DNA of 64,000 bases from a virus (lineage: Duplodnaviria; Caudoviricetes), in IMG/VR virus record IMGVR_UViG_3300020385_000660, positions 832 to 64,831 of that record. One strand, written 5' to 3'. This document shows, one piece after another, positions 37,170 through 45,589 of this stretch. Position numbers and translations under genes: made by a program. Below the pieces are notes generated by a model. It was not told the origin of the DNA, made no database searches, and worked only from the letters and a program-made list of their open reading frames with translations. The first letter of the stretch is position 1. Each line of letters opens with the position of its first letter.

Positions 37170-39403
37170 GAAAATTAATTTACATATTATTAATATTAAC
37201 TCTAGCAACAAACGCTCAAGATAGTATATTTGTAGACTGTGTAGGAAATGAAGCTCCTGAAAATTGGTTAGGAGATGGCTATTGTGATAATGAAGCTTAT
37301 GCTTGGGGTGGTAATTTTATTGACTTTAATTGTGAAGAGTTTGGTTACGATAACGGAGATTGTCCTATACCAATAGATACTGTACCAGGATGTATGAACA
37401 TGTTGGCATTAAACTATGTACCAGAAGCTAACTTTAATGATGGCTCTTGCGAGTTTCCTGTATTTGGATGCACAGACCCAGAAGCTCCTAATTTTAACCC
37501 TTGGGCAGAAGCTGATGACAATAGTTGTGTCGGTGTAAGCTGCTCTGATGGTGAAGCCAAGATGATTTTGGAGCTTACTCTAGACCAATACCCTGGTGAA
37601 ACAGGATGGATACTAACAGACATAACTACAGGACAACCTGTAGACAACGTAGTAGCAGGAGAGTATTCATACGAAGAAGCAAATCAAACTATTGTATACG
37701 ATTTATGTGTGCCTGAAACAGGTGTAGAACTTATATTAAGCGATATATACGGTGACGGTTTAGAGGGATCTTTATTTGGTGGTACAGACGGTAATTTTGT
37801 AATACTTGGTGATGCAGAGCCTTGTGGTAGCTTGGATACATTATGGGCATTAGATACTGCAGGTTTTGGTAGTGCTGCTTATTCAGGACCTATATGGTTA
37901 GAGCAATGTGATTTACCTATTGTAGAAGGATGTACTAATAATACATATATAGAGTTTAATCCAGGAGCCAACTTTGATGACGGTAGCTGTGAAACACTAC
38001 ACACACTAGGATGTATAAACCCTAACGCATTTAACTTTAATCCACAAGCTACATTAAACGAAATAGTACCTACATGTAATTACACTCTTATTATAGAAGA
38101 TGACGGTGGTGACGGATGGGGTGACTGTTATATAGGTGTAGTGCAAGAAGACAGTATTCTTGGTACATATACTATGGGACCTGGCTCTTACTCACAAGAG
38201 TTTGGTATAACACTAGAAACAGATAAGCCTGTAAAGGTATATTACTTTGAAATAGCTAGCCCACAAACTCCTGCTGCAGAAGTCGCTTTCCAGACTATGC
38301 ATAACTCATTTAGACTTATTAATTCAGCAGGCGATATATCTTTGCAAGGTGGTGTGTATCCATTTGCAGATAATGGTGCTGGAGCTTTAAAAGCATATGC
38401 CCCTCCTTTTTGGCAAGTGTATACAGGCCTTCCTTTTTGCGGAGATTACTGTATACCTACAGTGTACGGGTGTTTGGATGAACAATCTTTAAACTATAAC
38501 TCTGACGCAAATACCAATGATGGTTCTTGTATTGAGATAGTAGAAGGTTGTACCTCACCCTTCGCATTTAATTACGATTCGCTTGCTAATGTAGATGATA
38601 ACAGTTGTGTGCCTGTTGTAGTTGGTTGTATGGATAATGTAGCTTGGAATTATAACTTTGCAGCTAATACTGAAGATGGTTCCTGCCTATACTTTGGGTG
38701 TATGGATGAAGCAGCTGATAACTATGATCCTATAGCTAATGTGGATAATGGAGCTTGCTTTACTACTGTGTTTGGCTGTACCGATCCAGAAGCTTTCAAC
38801 TACAATGAAGAGGCAAATACAGAGGATTTTAGTTGTGTGCCATTTATATATGGTTGTATGGATAGTACAGCATTTAATTACGATCCATTAGCAAATACAG
38901 ACGATGAATGTGAAAGTATTGTAGAAGATTGTATGGATATTCTAGCTTACAATTATAATGAGTTTGCTAACACGGAAGGAGAATGTTTGTATGATGCAGG
39001 ATGCATTGATGGTCCCGGCATACCATATTGGTTAAACGATTCATGTTATGCTTGGGTTATTATGATAGATCCATATTGCTGTAATAACGAGTGGGACGAT
39101 AAATGCCAACAAATATATTGGAGTTGTTCTTGGGATAGTCCATTAGATACAAGAGATTTACTTAGAGGGCACGACATAGTTATGTATCCTAATCCTATGG
39201 GCGATATATTAAATATATTAATAAATGGACCTGTAGGCATAGAAGTATATGATGTGTCAGGAAAACTTGTAATACGAGTTAACGAAAGTCAAACTTCAAA
39301 AGGTTTAAATCAATTAGATGTAAGTTTATTACCTGCAGGAATATATAATTTTAATATCACATATGATAATAACATTAGCACAACAAAAGTATTAAAGCGA
39401 TGA
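37166..39403 (+). CDS. secreted protein with T9SS type A C-terminal sorting domain
   Basis: Sec signal MRKLIYILLILTLATNA-Q; LNR-like WLGDGYCD..C..FGYDNGDC; GCxD repeats; CTD MYPNP..DILNI...VYDVSGKLV...LDVSLLPAGIY...TTKVLKR. Confidence 0.88.
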   Translation: MRKLIYILLILTLATNAQDSIFVDCVGNEAPENWLGDGYCDNEAYAWGGNFIDFNCEEFGYDNGDCPIPIDTVPGCMNMLALNYVPEANFNDGSCEFPVFGCTDPEAPNFNPWAEADDNSCVGVSCSDGEAKMILELTLDQYPGETGWILTDITTGQPVDNVVAGEYSYEEANQTIVYDLCVPETGVELILSDIYGDGLEGSLFGGTDGNFVILGDAEPCGSLDTLWALDTAGFGSAAYSGPIWLEQCDLPIVEGCTNNTYIEFNPGANFDDGSCETLHTLGCINPNAFNFNPQATLNEIVPTCNYTLIIEDDGGDGWGDCYIGVVQEDSILGTYTMGPGSYSQEFGITLETDKPVKVYYFEIASPQTPAAEVAFQTMHNSFRLINSAGDISLQGGVYPFADNGAGALKAYAPPFWQVYTGLPFCGDYCIPTVYGCLDEQSLNYNSDANTNDGSCIEIVEGCTSPFAFNYDSLANVDDNSCVPVVVGCMDNVAWNYNFAANTEDGSCLYFGCMDEAADNYDPIANVDNGACFTTVFGCTDPEAFNYNEEANTEDFSCVPFIYGCMDSTAFNYDPLANTDDECESIVEDCMDILAYNYNEFANTEGECLYDAGCIDGPGIPYWLNDSCYAWVIMIDPYCCNNEWDDKCQQIYWSCSWDSPLDTRDLLRGHDIVMYPNPMGDILNILINGPVGIEVYDVSGKLVIRVNESQTSKGLNQLDVSLLPAGIYNFNITYDNNISTTKVLKR

Positions 39404-40485
39404 AAATGTACAATCGAATATATGAATTATTAGCAGCAATTGGAATTGGTCTATTATTTTCTTTTCTTATGCTTGCCTTGTCTCAGGGGTGTAACGCTCA
39501 AGGAGTTAAAAATATATTTAAGTACTCTACTATGTATGCTGCAGTTAATGGAGGCACATCATTAGGAGACGATCAAGTATGGTCTGTAACGTCAGGTACG
39601 TTAGAAGAGCAAGTTATAGAAACACCTTTTGATTACACATTTTCTGTAGGTATTAGAAAGATAAAACGATTTGGATATGAGAACAGAGCCAACACTTTTT
39701 ATAATGGTACGGAAAATTCTTATTCTGATGCCGCGACCATCGGTAGAGTTGATGGCTTTGAGTATTTGTTCGAAGCTGATTTTGTACGTCGTTTAGGTGT
39801 TAACTATACAAACCAGCATCACTTTGTAAGATATGTTGCAGATAAGTGGGTTAGTAAAGTAGAGTACTTAGAAGATGGATTTGCTGATATAAAATACTTT
39901 GAAAGTTCTGAGCGCATTCGTTTAAAAATAGGCGCGAATGAAAAGTTTTCTTTTAATATAGGCGCAGTTCAACGTCTTTCAGAGCCATATGGTTTTGACC
40001 CCCTGGCAGACTGGGTGCTGGACAATGGGACATTACACTATACATATTTGGCACTGCAAGAGGGATACAATATAACATTAGATGGACAATACTCAGCACC
40101 CAATGGAGAAATAGTAGCAACTAGTCAGGAAGTATGGGAAGAGGTTGTTATACCTCAAGTGATAGATGATTACGTAGAAGATCAAAGAAATGCATTACCT
40201 AATACAGTAGAGTATTCTGCAGTAGTAGGATTTGATTATTATCATTTTACAAAAGATTTTTGGTTTCATAGTTGGGGTAATGTATTACCCTATCATTTAA
40301 ACGATGGTAACGATTACTCTTATTATCAATACAATGGTAAAAACTGGATAGATTATTCAGGTGGTTTAATATTTGGTTATAGATTTAATAAAAGTTTAGG
40401 TGCATTTGTAGAAGGTAGATACAATAAGTATTGGAATCGACAATGGCATAACTTTAGTGTAGGAATTAATTATGTAATATTTTAA
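39400..40485 (+). CDS. putative outer-membrane beta-barrel protein
   Basis: Signal peptide ending CNA-Q, amphipathic aromatic strands, C-terminal beta-signal FSVGINYVIF. Confidence 0.75.
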   Translation: MKMYNRIYELLAAIGIGLLFSFLMLALSQGCNAQGVKNIFKYSTMYAAVNGGTSLGDDQVWSVTSGTLEEQVIETPFDYTFSVGIRKIKRFGYENRANTFYNGTENSYSDAATIGRVDGFEYLFEADFVRRLGVNYTNQHHFVRYVADKWVSKVEYLEDGFADIKYFESSERIRLKIGANEKFSFNIGAVQRLSEPYGFDPLADWVLDNGTLHYTYLALQEGYNITLDGQYSAPNGEIVATSQEVWEEVVIPQVIDDYVEDQRNALPNTVEYSAVVGFDYYHFTKDFWFHSWGNVLPYHLNDGNDYSYYQYNGKNWIDYSGGLIFGYRFNKSLGAFVEGRYNKYWNRQWHNFSVGINYVIF

Positions 40486-40487
40486 AA

Positions 40488-40772
40488 ATGGCAAAAGAAT
40501 TAAACGAAGATACAGCAGTACAAATAAGTATAAAGACTTTAGCAGGAATAGCTTTTGCAATGGCGGCTATAATTAGTGGGTGGTTTGTATTACAAGCAGA
40601 TATAGCAGAGGCTAAAAAATTACCTTTACCTGCAGATCCTGAAATCACACGTATGGAATACGATATGAAAGATCAGCTTATTAGACAGACTATTATGTCT
40701 ACACAAGAAGACGTAACAGAAATAAAAACGCAGATGCTGAGGATGGAAGATAAAATTGATAATTTAAAATAA
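40488..40772 (+). CDS. single-TM coiled-coil protein
   Basis: One TM helix, then a heptad coiled coil. Confidence 0.7.
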   Translation: MAKELNEDTAVQISIKTLAGIAFAMAAIISGWFVLQADIAEAKKLPLPADPEITRMEYDMKDQLIRQTIMSTQEDVTEIKTQMLRMEDKIDNLK

Positions 40773-40777
40773 ACGTT

Positions 40778-41119
40778 ATGAAAAATTTGTTTTTTACATT
40801 TATTTTTGTTACTTGTGGGATTGCAACAGCTCAAGATTTTTCTGATGGCATGGTAGCTGTTGAATTTAACGCAAGCTTTAACAAAAGTAATGAAATAACG
40901 TGGCTATCTAAGTTAACAGATTGTGAAACAGAAAGAGTAGATATAACAGCAGACTCAAGGTGGTCTAAAGAATATAAGATAGTGGTTGTGCCCACTATTG
41001 TAATATTTAATAATAACGAAGAAGTAAAAAGATTTCAAGCCAATATCATGATGACTATGGAAGCCACTAAAAAAGAAGTGCAAAATTCTATAGATGAAAT
41101 TGTGATGGAGGCTTTTTAA
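40778..41119 (+). CDS. exported thioredoxin-fold protein lacking CxxC
   Basis: Signal peptide ending ATA-Q; VAVEFNASFN at the DFWAxWCxxC position; YKIVVVPTIVIF cis-Pro loop; EEVKRF. Confidence 0.7.
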   Translation: MKNLFFTFIFVTCGIATAQDFSDGMVAVEFNASFNKSNEITWLSKLTDCETERVDITADSRWSKEYKIVVVPTIVIFNNNEEVKRFQANIMMTMEATKKEVQNSIDEIVMEAF

Positions 41120-41142
41120 AATTAATAATTAAATAAATAATA

Positions 41143-41541
41143 ATGGCAACAGTAACAACAAAACTAACAGTAAATAGCTCTGACTTAGTTTCTAATACTT
41201 TAAGTTTAGCATTAACTTCTAAAGTAACTGCCTCACATACAACAGGTCTTGCAAGAGCTCCTATAACGTCAACTGCAAAAGGCACAGGTGCTGGGCAGGT
41301 AACATTATACACAGCAAATGATTTTGCAGCTACAGCGTATATGTATATTAAAAATACAGATTTAGCTGTAACAGATTATGTGTATGTGTATGCGGATACT
41401 GCATCAGATGATCCTGTTTTATTAAAATTAGCAGGAGGAGATTTTGCGCTTTTACCTTTAAGTGCAGACACTACATTAAAAGCGTATACAGCAACCAGTG
41501 GTACTATTGTAGAATGGATGGTATTCGGAACAGACGCATAG
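41143..41541 (+). CDS. small beta-rich virion structural protein
   Basis: 132 aa, Thr/Ala-rich, YMYIKNTD motif. Confidence 0.6.
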   Translation: MATVTTKLTVNSSDLVSNTLSLALTSKVTASHTTGLARAPITSTAKGTGAGQVTLYTANDFAATAYMYIKNTDLAVTDYVYVYADTASDDPVLLKLAGGDFALLPLSADTTLKAYTATSGTIVEWMVFGTDA

Positions 41542-41542
41542 T

Positions 41543-42010
41543 ATGAGACTAAGTAAAAACTTTGTGTTATCAGAGATTACTCGAAGTAACACAGCAAAAA
41601 GAATAGGCATAAGTAATGAGCCAACGAAGAAACACATGGAAAATATCCAAAGGATTATCACAAATCTTATACAACCTATGCGCGACGCTCTTGGTCCTAT
41701 CAGGATTAGTAGTGGTTATCGCAACCCGCAACTCAATCGTGCTATTGGTGGGAGTAATCGTAGCCAGCATTGTAAAGGTGAAGCTTTGGATCTCCAGTTT
41801 TGGAAGGAAGGTCAAATGTGTAATAAAGAAGTTTACGACTGGATTTTAGATTCAGGATTAGAGTTTGATCAGATGATTAATGAGTTTGATTTTGCTTGGA
41901 TACATATATCTTTAAGAAAAGATGGGAATAGAAAAGATGTCTTAGAAGCTTATAAAGATGAGGATGGAGATACTAAATATAAATATGTTGACGATATAAT
42001 AATACTATAA
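41543..42010 (+). CDS. endolysin, peptidase M15A family
   Basis: LSKNF, ISSGYR, SQHCKGEALD, WIHIS zinc-ligand motifs. Confidence 0.9.
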   Translation: MRLSKNFVLSEITRSNTAKRIGISNEPTKKHMENIQRIITNLIQPMRDALGPIRISSGYRNPQLNRAIGGSNRSQHCKGEALDLQFWKEGQMCNKEVYDWILDSGLEFDQMINEFDFAWIHISLRKDGNRKDVLEAYKDEDGDTKYKYVDDIIIL

Positions 42011-42396
42011 TGAGTAAATTATTAGATTTTTTAGGTGGAGGAGTTGTTAAGCAAGTCGGTGATGTGCTTGACAACCTTACTACGTCCAAAGAAGAAAAAC
42101 TAGAAGCTGAGCGTAAGATAAAAGAAGTTCTTATGCAAGCAGAAGCTCAAGCGCAAGAGCAGGTTACTAGACGTTGGGAGGCTGATATGAAATCTGATAA
42201 TTGGCTTAGCAAAAACATACGACCATTAATATGTATATTCTTAACAGCAATGTTTGTTATTATTTCAATTTTTGATGGAAACGCTGGAGGCTTCCAAATA
42301 GCCCCAGCCTATATACCAATATATCAAACCTTATTGATAACTGTTTATGGAGCCTACTTTGCAGGAAGGTCTATAGAAAAAATTAAGAAAAAATAA
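42010..42396 (+). CDS. holin (3TM gene-transfer-release type)
   Basis: RWEADMKSDNWLSKNIRP...AYFAGRSIEK; directly after the endolysin. Confidence 0.82.
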   Translation: MSKLLDFLGGGVVKQVGDVLDNLTTSKEEKLEAERKIKEVLMQAEAQAQEQVTRRWEADMKSDNWLSKNIRPLICIFLTAMFVIISIFDGNAGGFQIAPAYIPIYQTLLITVYGAYFAGRSIEKIKKK

Positions 42397-43100
42397 TGAC
42401 ATTAGATGAGATAGCATATAACTTATTAAATCTTGTACGAGGAGGATTGTCTAATCAAGACGAAAGTATTTCTATTGAGCAAATTAAATTTAATATTAAG
42501 CATTACCGTGCTATGTTTATACGTAGAGATTTTGCTAAAAATAATTTTGTATCAAGGCATTCAGAGCAAGATTTAGGATGCGTTGAATTAGAAAGAGTAA
42601 ATGCTTCTAAATGTTGTAACTTGCCGGTTACGTATTCTGTATTTAGAAGTGCAAGCCCTATCCCTAAAACTATAAGAATGAATTTTAAAGATTCATTAAC
42701 ATATATAGGGGATGTAACAGGAACTAAAACAATACCTTTAATAGATTCTCATACTATACAATTTTTACCGTATGATAAATATACAAAAGGTAGATATAAA
42801 GCATATATGATTGCAGACTATTTATACATTTATAATGCAGATGGTATAGATACTGTAAATGTTAGAGGTATATTTGAAGACCCAGATGAAGTATCTAGGT
42901 ACGCTTCATGTGAAAAAGGTAATTGCTATGATTCAGCAATAGACCCTTTTCCTATATCTATGGACATGATAAATTTAATTAATCAAGGTATTACGAGTGG
43001 AGAGTTAAACTTATTAACTGGAACATTCTCAGATACCGCAAACGACAGGATGCAGGACCCACCTAAAGGAGGGGCTCCATCTAGACAACAACAACAATAA
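42396..43100 (+). CDS. tail ring / tubular structural protein
   Basis: MTLDEIAYNL...YRAMFI...VNVRGIFEDP resembles crAss-like ring proteins. Confidence 0.7.
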   Translation: MTLDEIAYNLLNLVRGGLSNQDESISIEQIKFNIKHYRAMFIRRDFAKNNFVSRHSEQDLGCVELERVNASKCCNLPVTYSVFRSASPIPKTIRMNFKDSLTYIGDVTGTKTIPLIDSHTIQFLPYDKYTKGRYKAYMIADYLYIYNADGIDTVNVRGIFEDPDEVSRYASCEKGNCYDSAIDPFPISMDMINLINQGITSGELNLLTGTFSDTANDRMQDPPKGGAPSRQQQQ

Positions 43101-43111
43101 ATTTTAAAACA

Positions 43112-43924
43112 ATGGCAAAGAACAATTTTGACGATTTTTTATTAGGACCATCTTTTGATGATTTGGATTCTATACACCAAGAGGCAGAACGTCAACTCTT
43201 AAGAAATGGTGGTGGACTTAGAAAGCTTGCAAAAAAAGTTAAAGCTAAACTTACAAGCAAAAAGAAAAAAAACAAGCTAGCAAAAGCTGCAAAAAGCGCT
43301 GCTACATCTGATGCTCAAGCAGCTGAGATAGAAAAAGTAGCTTCTACTAATCCTAAAGGAAGTCAGCAAATAGGTAAATCTACTAAGGATACGCCTACAA
43401 AAGCTTCTACCAACTCTACAAAAAAACCTGGAGATAAACTAGAAGCACCTAAATCTAAAGCTACAGTTAATGATCCTGGTGCTAAAAAGATTCAAACAAA
43501 AGAAAAATCTTTTGGTGAAACATTTAAAGAAAATCGTAAAATGTTAGGGGCTGGTAAAACATTTATGTATAAAGGTAAAAAGTATTCTACTAATACAGCA
43601 GATGATCTAAAAAAATCTAAAAGCAAAGCTGCTGCAACAAAAGCGGGAGCAGTTAGTCAAGAGCAACGTGCAAAAAATAATGAAACAGCTACTAAGGCTC
43701 ATAACCAAAGACTTTCTGACGCAATATCAACATATGACCCTAATTCAGTTAGAAATCAAGGAGAAAAGGCAAGAGCTGCTTATGAAAAAGAACAAGCTGT
43801 TAAAGCAGACTCTAGACAAAATGCTAGAGACGCTAGAGATAAAAAAGCTAAATACAGTACTAATAATCTTGAATCAGGAGGAGTAAAGAAGAAGCTTAAC
43901 AAACGTTTAAGACCTAAGTATTAA
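43112..43924 (+). CDS. Lys/Ala-rich low-complexity protein, possible internal virion protein
   Basis: Basic, disordered-looking; SFGETFKENRK..GKTFMYKGKKYST mini-domain; LRNGG/LESGG motifs. Confidence 0.65.
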   Translation: MAKNNFDDFLLGPSFDDLDSIHQEAERQLLRNGGGLRKLAKKVKAKLTSKKKKNKLAKAAKSAATSDAQAAEIEKVASTNPKGSQQIGKSTKDTPTKASTNSTKKPGDKLEAPKSKATVNDPGAKKIQTKEKSFGETFKENRKMLGAGKTFMYKGKKYSTNTADDLKKSKSKAAATKAGAVSQEQRAKNNETATKAHNQRLSDAISTYDPNSVRNQGEKARAAYEKEQAVKADSRQNARDARDKKAKYSTNNLESGGVKKKLNKRLRPKY

Positions 43925-44400
43925 TGTCTTTTACTCTTAGAGATGTATATAAAGCCTATTCTACAGAAGTTGATAGCTCTGTAGATAGTCTTACTTTTCG
44001 AGATATATGTTCAGATTTCAATATTGGAATCATGGACTATATCTTGGAAGGTAAAACATTTAATATGGGTTTTAATCTTTCAACCATATCAATAACTAGA
44101 CAAGATCGTGATCCTCGTAATCCTAGAATAGATTGGGGCGAGAGCAATAAATATAGAAAAGAGCTTTTAGAAGAAGGCAAGAAGATTTATGACGCTGCTA
44201 CAGGTAAGGGTGAGCAGTGGTTTATATATCATACAGATTCCTTCTATTGTAAATTTTATTGGAATAAAGGTAAATGTAAAATTAAAAATAAATCAGTTTA
44301 TCGTTTTGATGCTACAAGAGGAATCAAAGGGAATAAAGAAAAGTTAATAGATCTTTTAAAAACTGATGACTTAGCTTACTTAAGATTTAAAAAGAAATAA
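43924..44400 (+). CDS. IHF-like protein of the crAss tail module
   Basis: FRDICSDFN...ILEGKTFNMGFNLSTISI...IDWGES; position before tail tubular/muzzle genes. Confidence 0.65.
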   Translation: MSFTLRDVYKAYSTEVDSSVDSLTFRDICSDFNIGIMDYILEGKTFNMGFNLSTISITRQDRDPRNPRIDWGESNKYRKELLEEGKKIYDAATGKGEQWFIYHTDSFYCKFYWNKGKCKIKNKSVYRFDATRGIKGNKEKLIDLLKTDDLAYLRFKKK

Positions 44401-44401
44401 T

Positions 44402-44689
44402 ATGCTACAACCTAAGAAAAAAAAGAAATCTAGCACTTATGATAAATCCAATAAAGGGATACAAGATAATATATCAAAAGGAGCTAAAGAGCGTAGACGA
44501 GGGAAAATGCTAGAGAATGATGCAGATTTAAAAGCTAAATTTAAATCTGGACAAAAGTCTAGAACCCTTATTCAAAAAGAAGCGGTAATATCAGTACCTA
44601 AAAAAAGAATTAAATCTATACCTTATAAGACTAAAAAGAAAAGCCTTCGTGGTAGATTTTTAGAGCCTAAAATAGAAAGCATAGATTAA
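44402..44689 (+). CDS. small highly basic protein
   Basis: 95 aa, Lys-rich, tightly packed. Confidence 0.6.
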   Translation: MLQPKKKKKSSTYDKSNKGIQDNISKGAKERRRGKMLENDADLKAKFKSGQKSRTLIQKEAVISVPKKRIKSIPYKTKKKSLRGRFLEPKIESID

Positions 44690-44707
44690 TATAATTTAAG
44701 AAATAAA

Positions 44708-45589
44708 ATGGCTATATACAGAACAGAATCTAGTAAAATCATAATACGTAAAGTATTTAGAGATTTAAGAATTCAACATAGTAATTGGATAGACGATGCT
44801 ATAGAATGGATTGGAGAAGCATTAGAACACATTGGATCTAGTGCGCAGCTAGTTACAAAGACTTGCGTATTGCCTGTGAAAGATCACAGACATTTACTTC
44901 CTGCTGATCTGTATTATATAAATCAAGTAGCTATTAACGATACAGTAAATGCTAGAACAGAAGGTGAATTAGATTCTTTAATAGCTAGAGTAGAGCAGTT
45001 AAATGAAACTATCCAACAAGCCCAAGAAGAGGGAATGTCTTATGATAATACAGTAGTTACTTTACAAGAAATAAATAGTAGAATAGCTGCAGTATCTCAA
45101 GTATTTTTTGAAAATGAAACAAGTTTAACTCCATTACAATATGGAGCTAGCACGTTTCATGATAGCATACATTGTGAAAATTGTGTAAATGTAAATGCTA
45201 AGCATGAGCACACATATATCATAGATGACAGTTATATTAAAACTTCATTTGAAAAAGGTAATGTGTGTTTAAGCTATACAGTGTTTCCAACTGATGGAGA
45301 AAACTTTCCATTAGTGCCCGCAGATATTAGTTTTAAAGAAGCTATGTTTTGGTATATTTATAAAAAGTTACTTTTATCGTATCCTACTTTAGTTAATAAT
45401 GGTATTGATTATGGATATGCAGAGCAGCAGTGGAAATTTTATTGCACTCAAGCTAGAAACGCAGCTAACTATCCAGATATAGATAGATATGAATCGTTTA
45501 TGAATCAATGGGTAAGAATGATCCCATCGATAAACAAACATGATTTAGGATTTGAACAACTAAACACACGACAAGAGTATAGACGATAA
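44708..45589 (+). CDS. tail tubular (ring) protein, P22 gp4-like
   Basis: DAIEWIGEALEHIG, LPADL, YIKTSF, W..YCTQAR; precedes the muzzle gene. Confidence 0.75.
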   Translation: MAIYRTESSKIIIRKVFRDLRIQHSNWIDDAIEWIGEALEHIGSSAQLVTKTCVLPVKDHRHLLPADLYYINQVAINDTVNARTEGELDSLIARVEQLNETIQQAQEEGMSYDNTVVTLQEINSRIAAVSQVFFENETSLTPLQYGASTFHDSIHCENCVNVNAKHEHTYIIDDSYIKTSFEKGNVCLSYTVFPTDGENFPLVPADISFKEAMFWYIYKKLLLSYPTLVNNGIDYGYAEQQWKFYCTQARNAANYPDIDRYESFMNQWVRMIPSINKHDLGFEQLNTRQEYRR

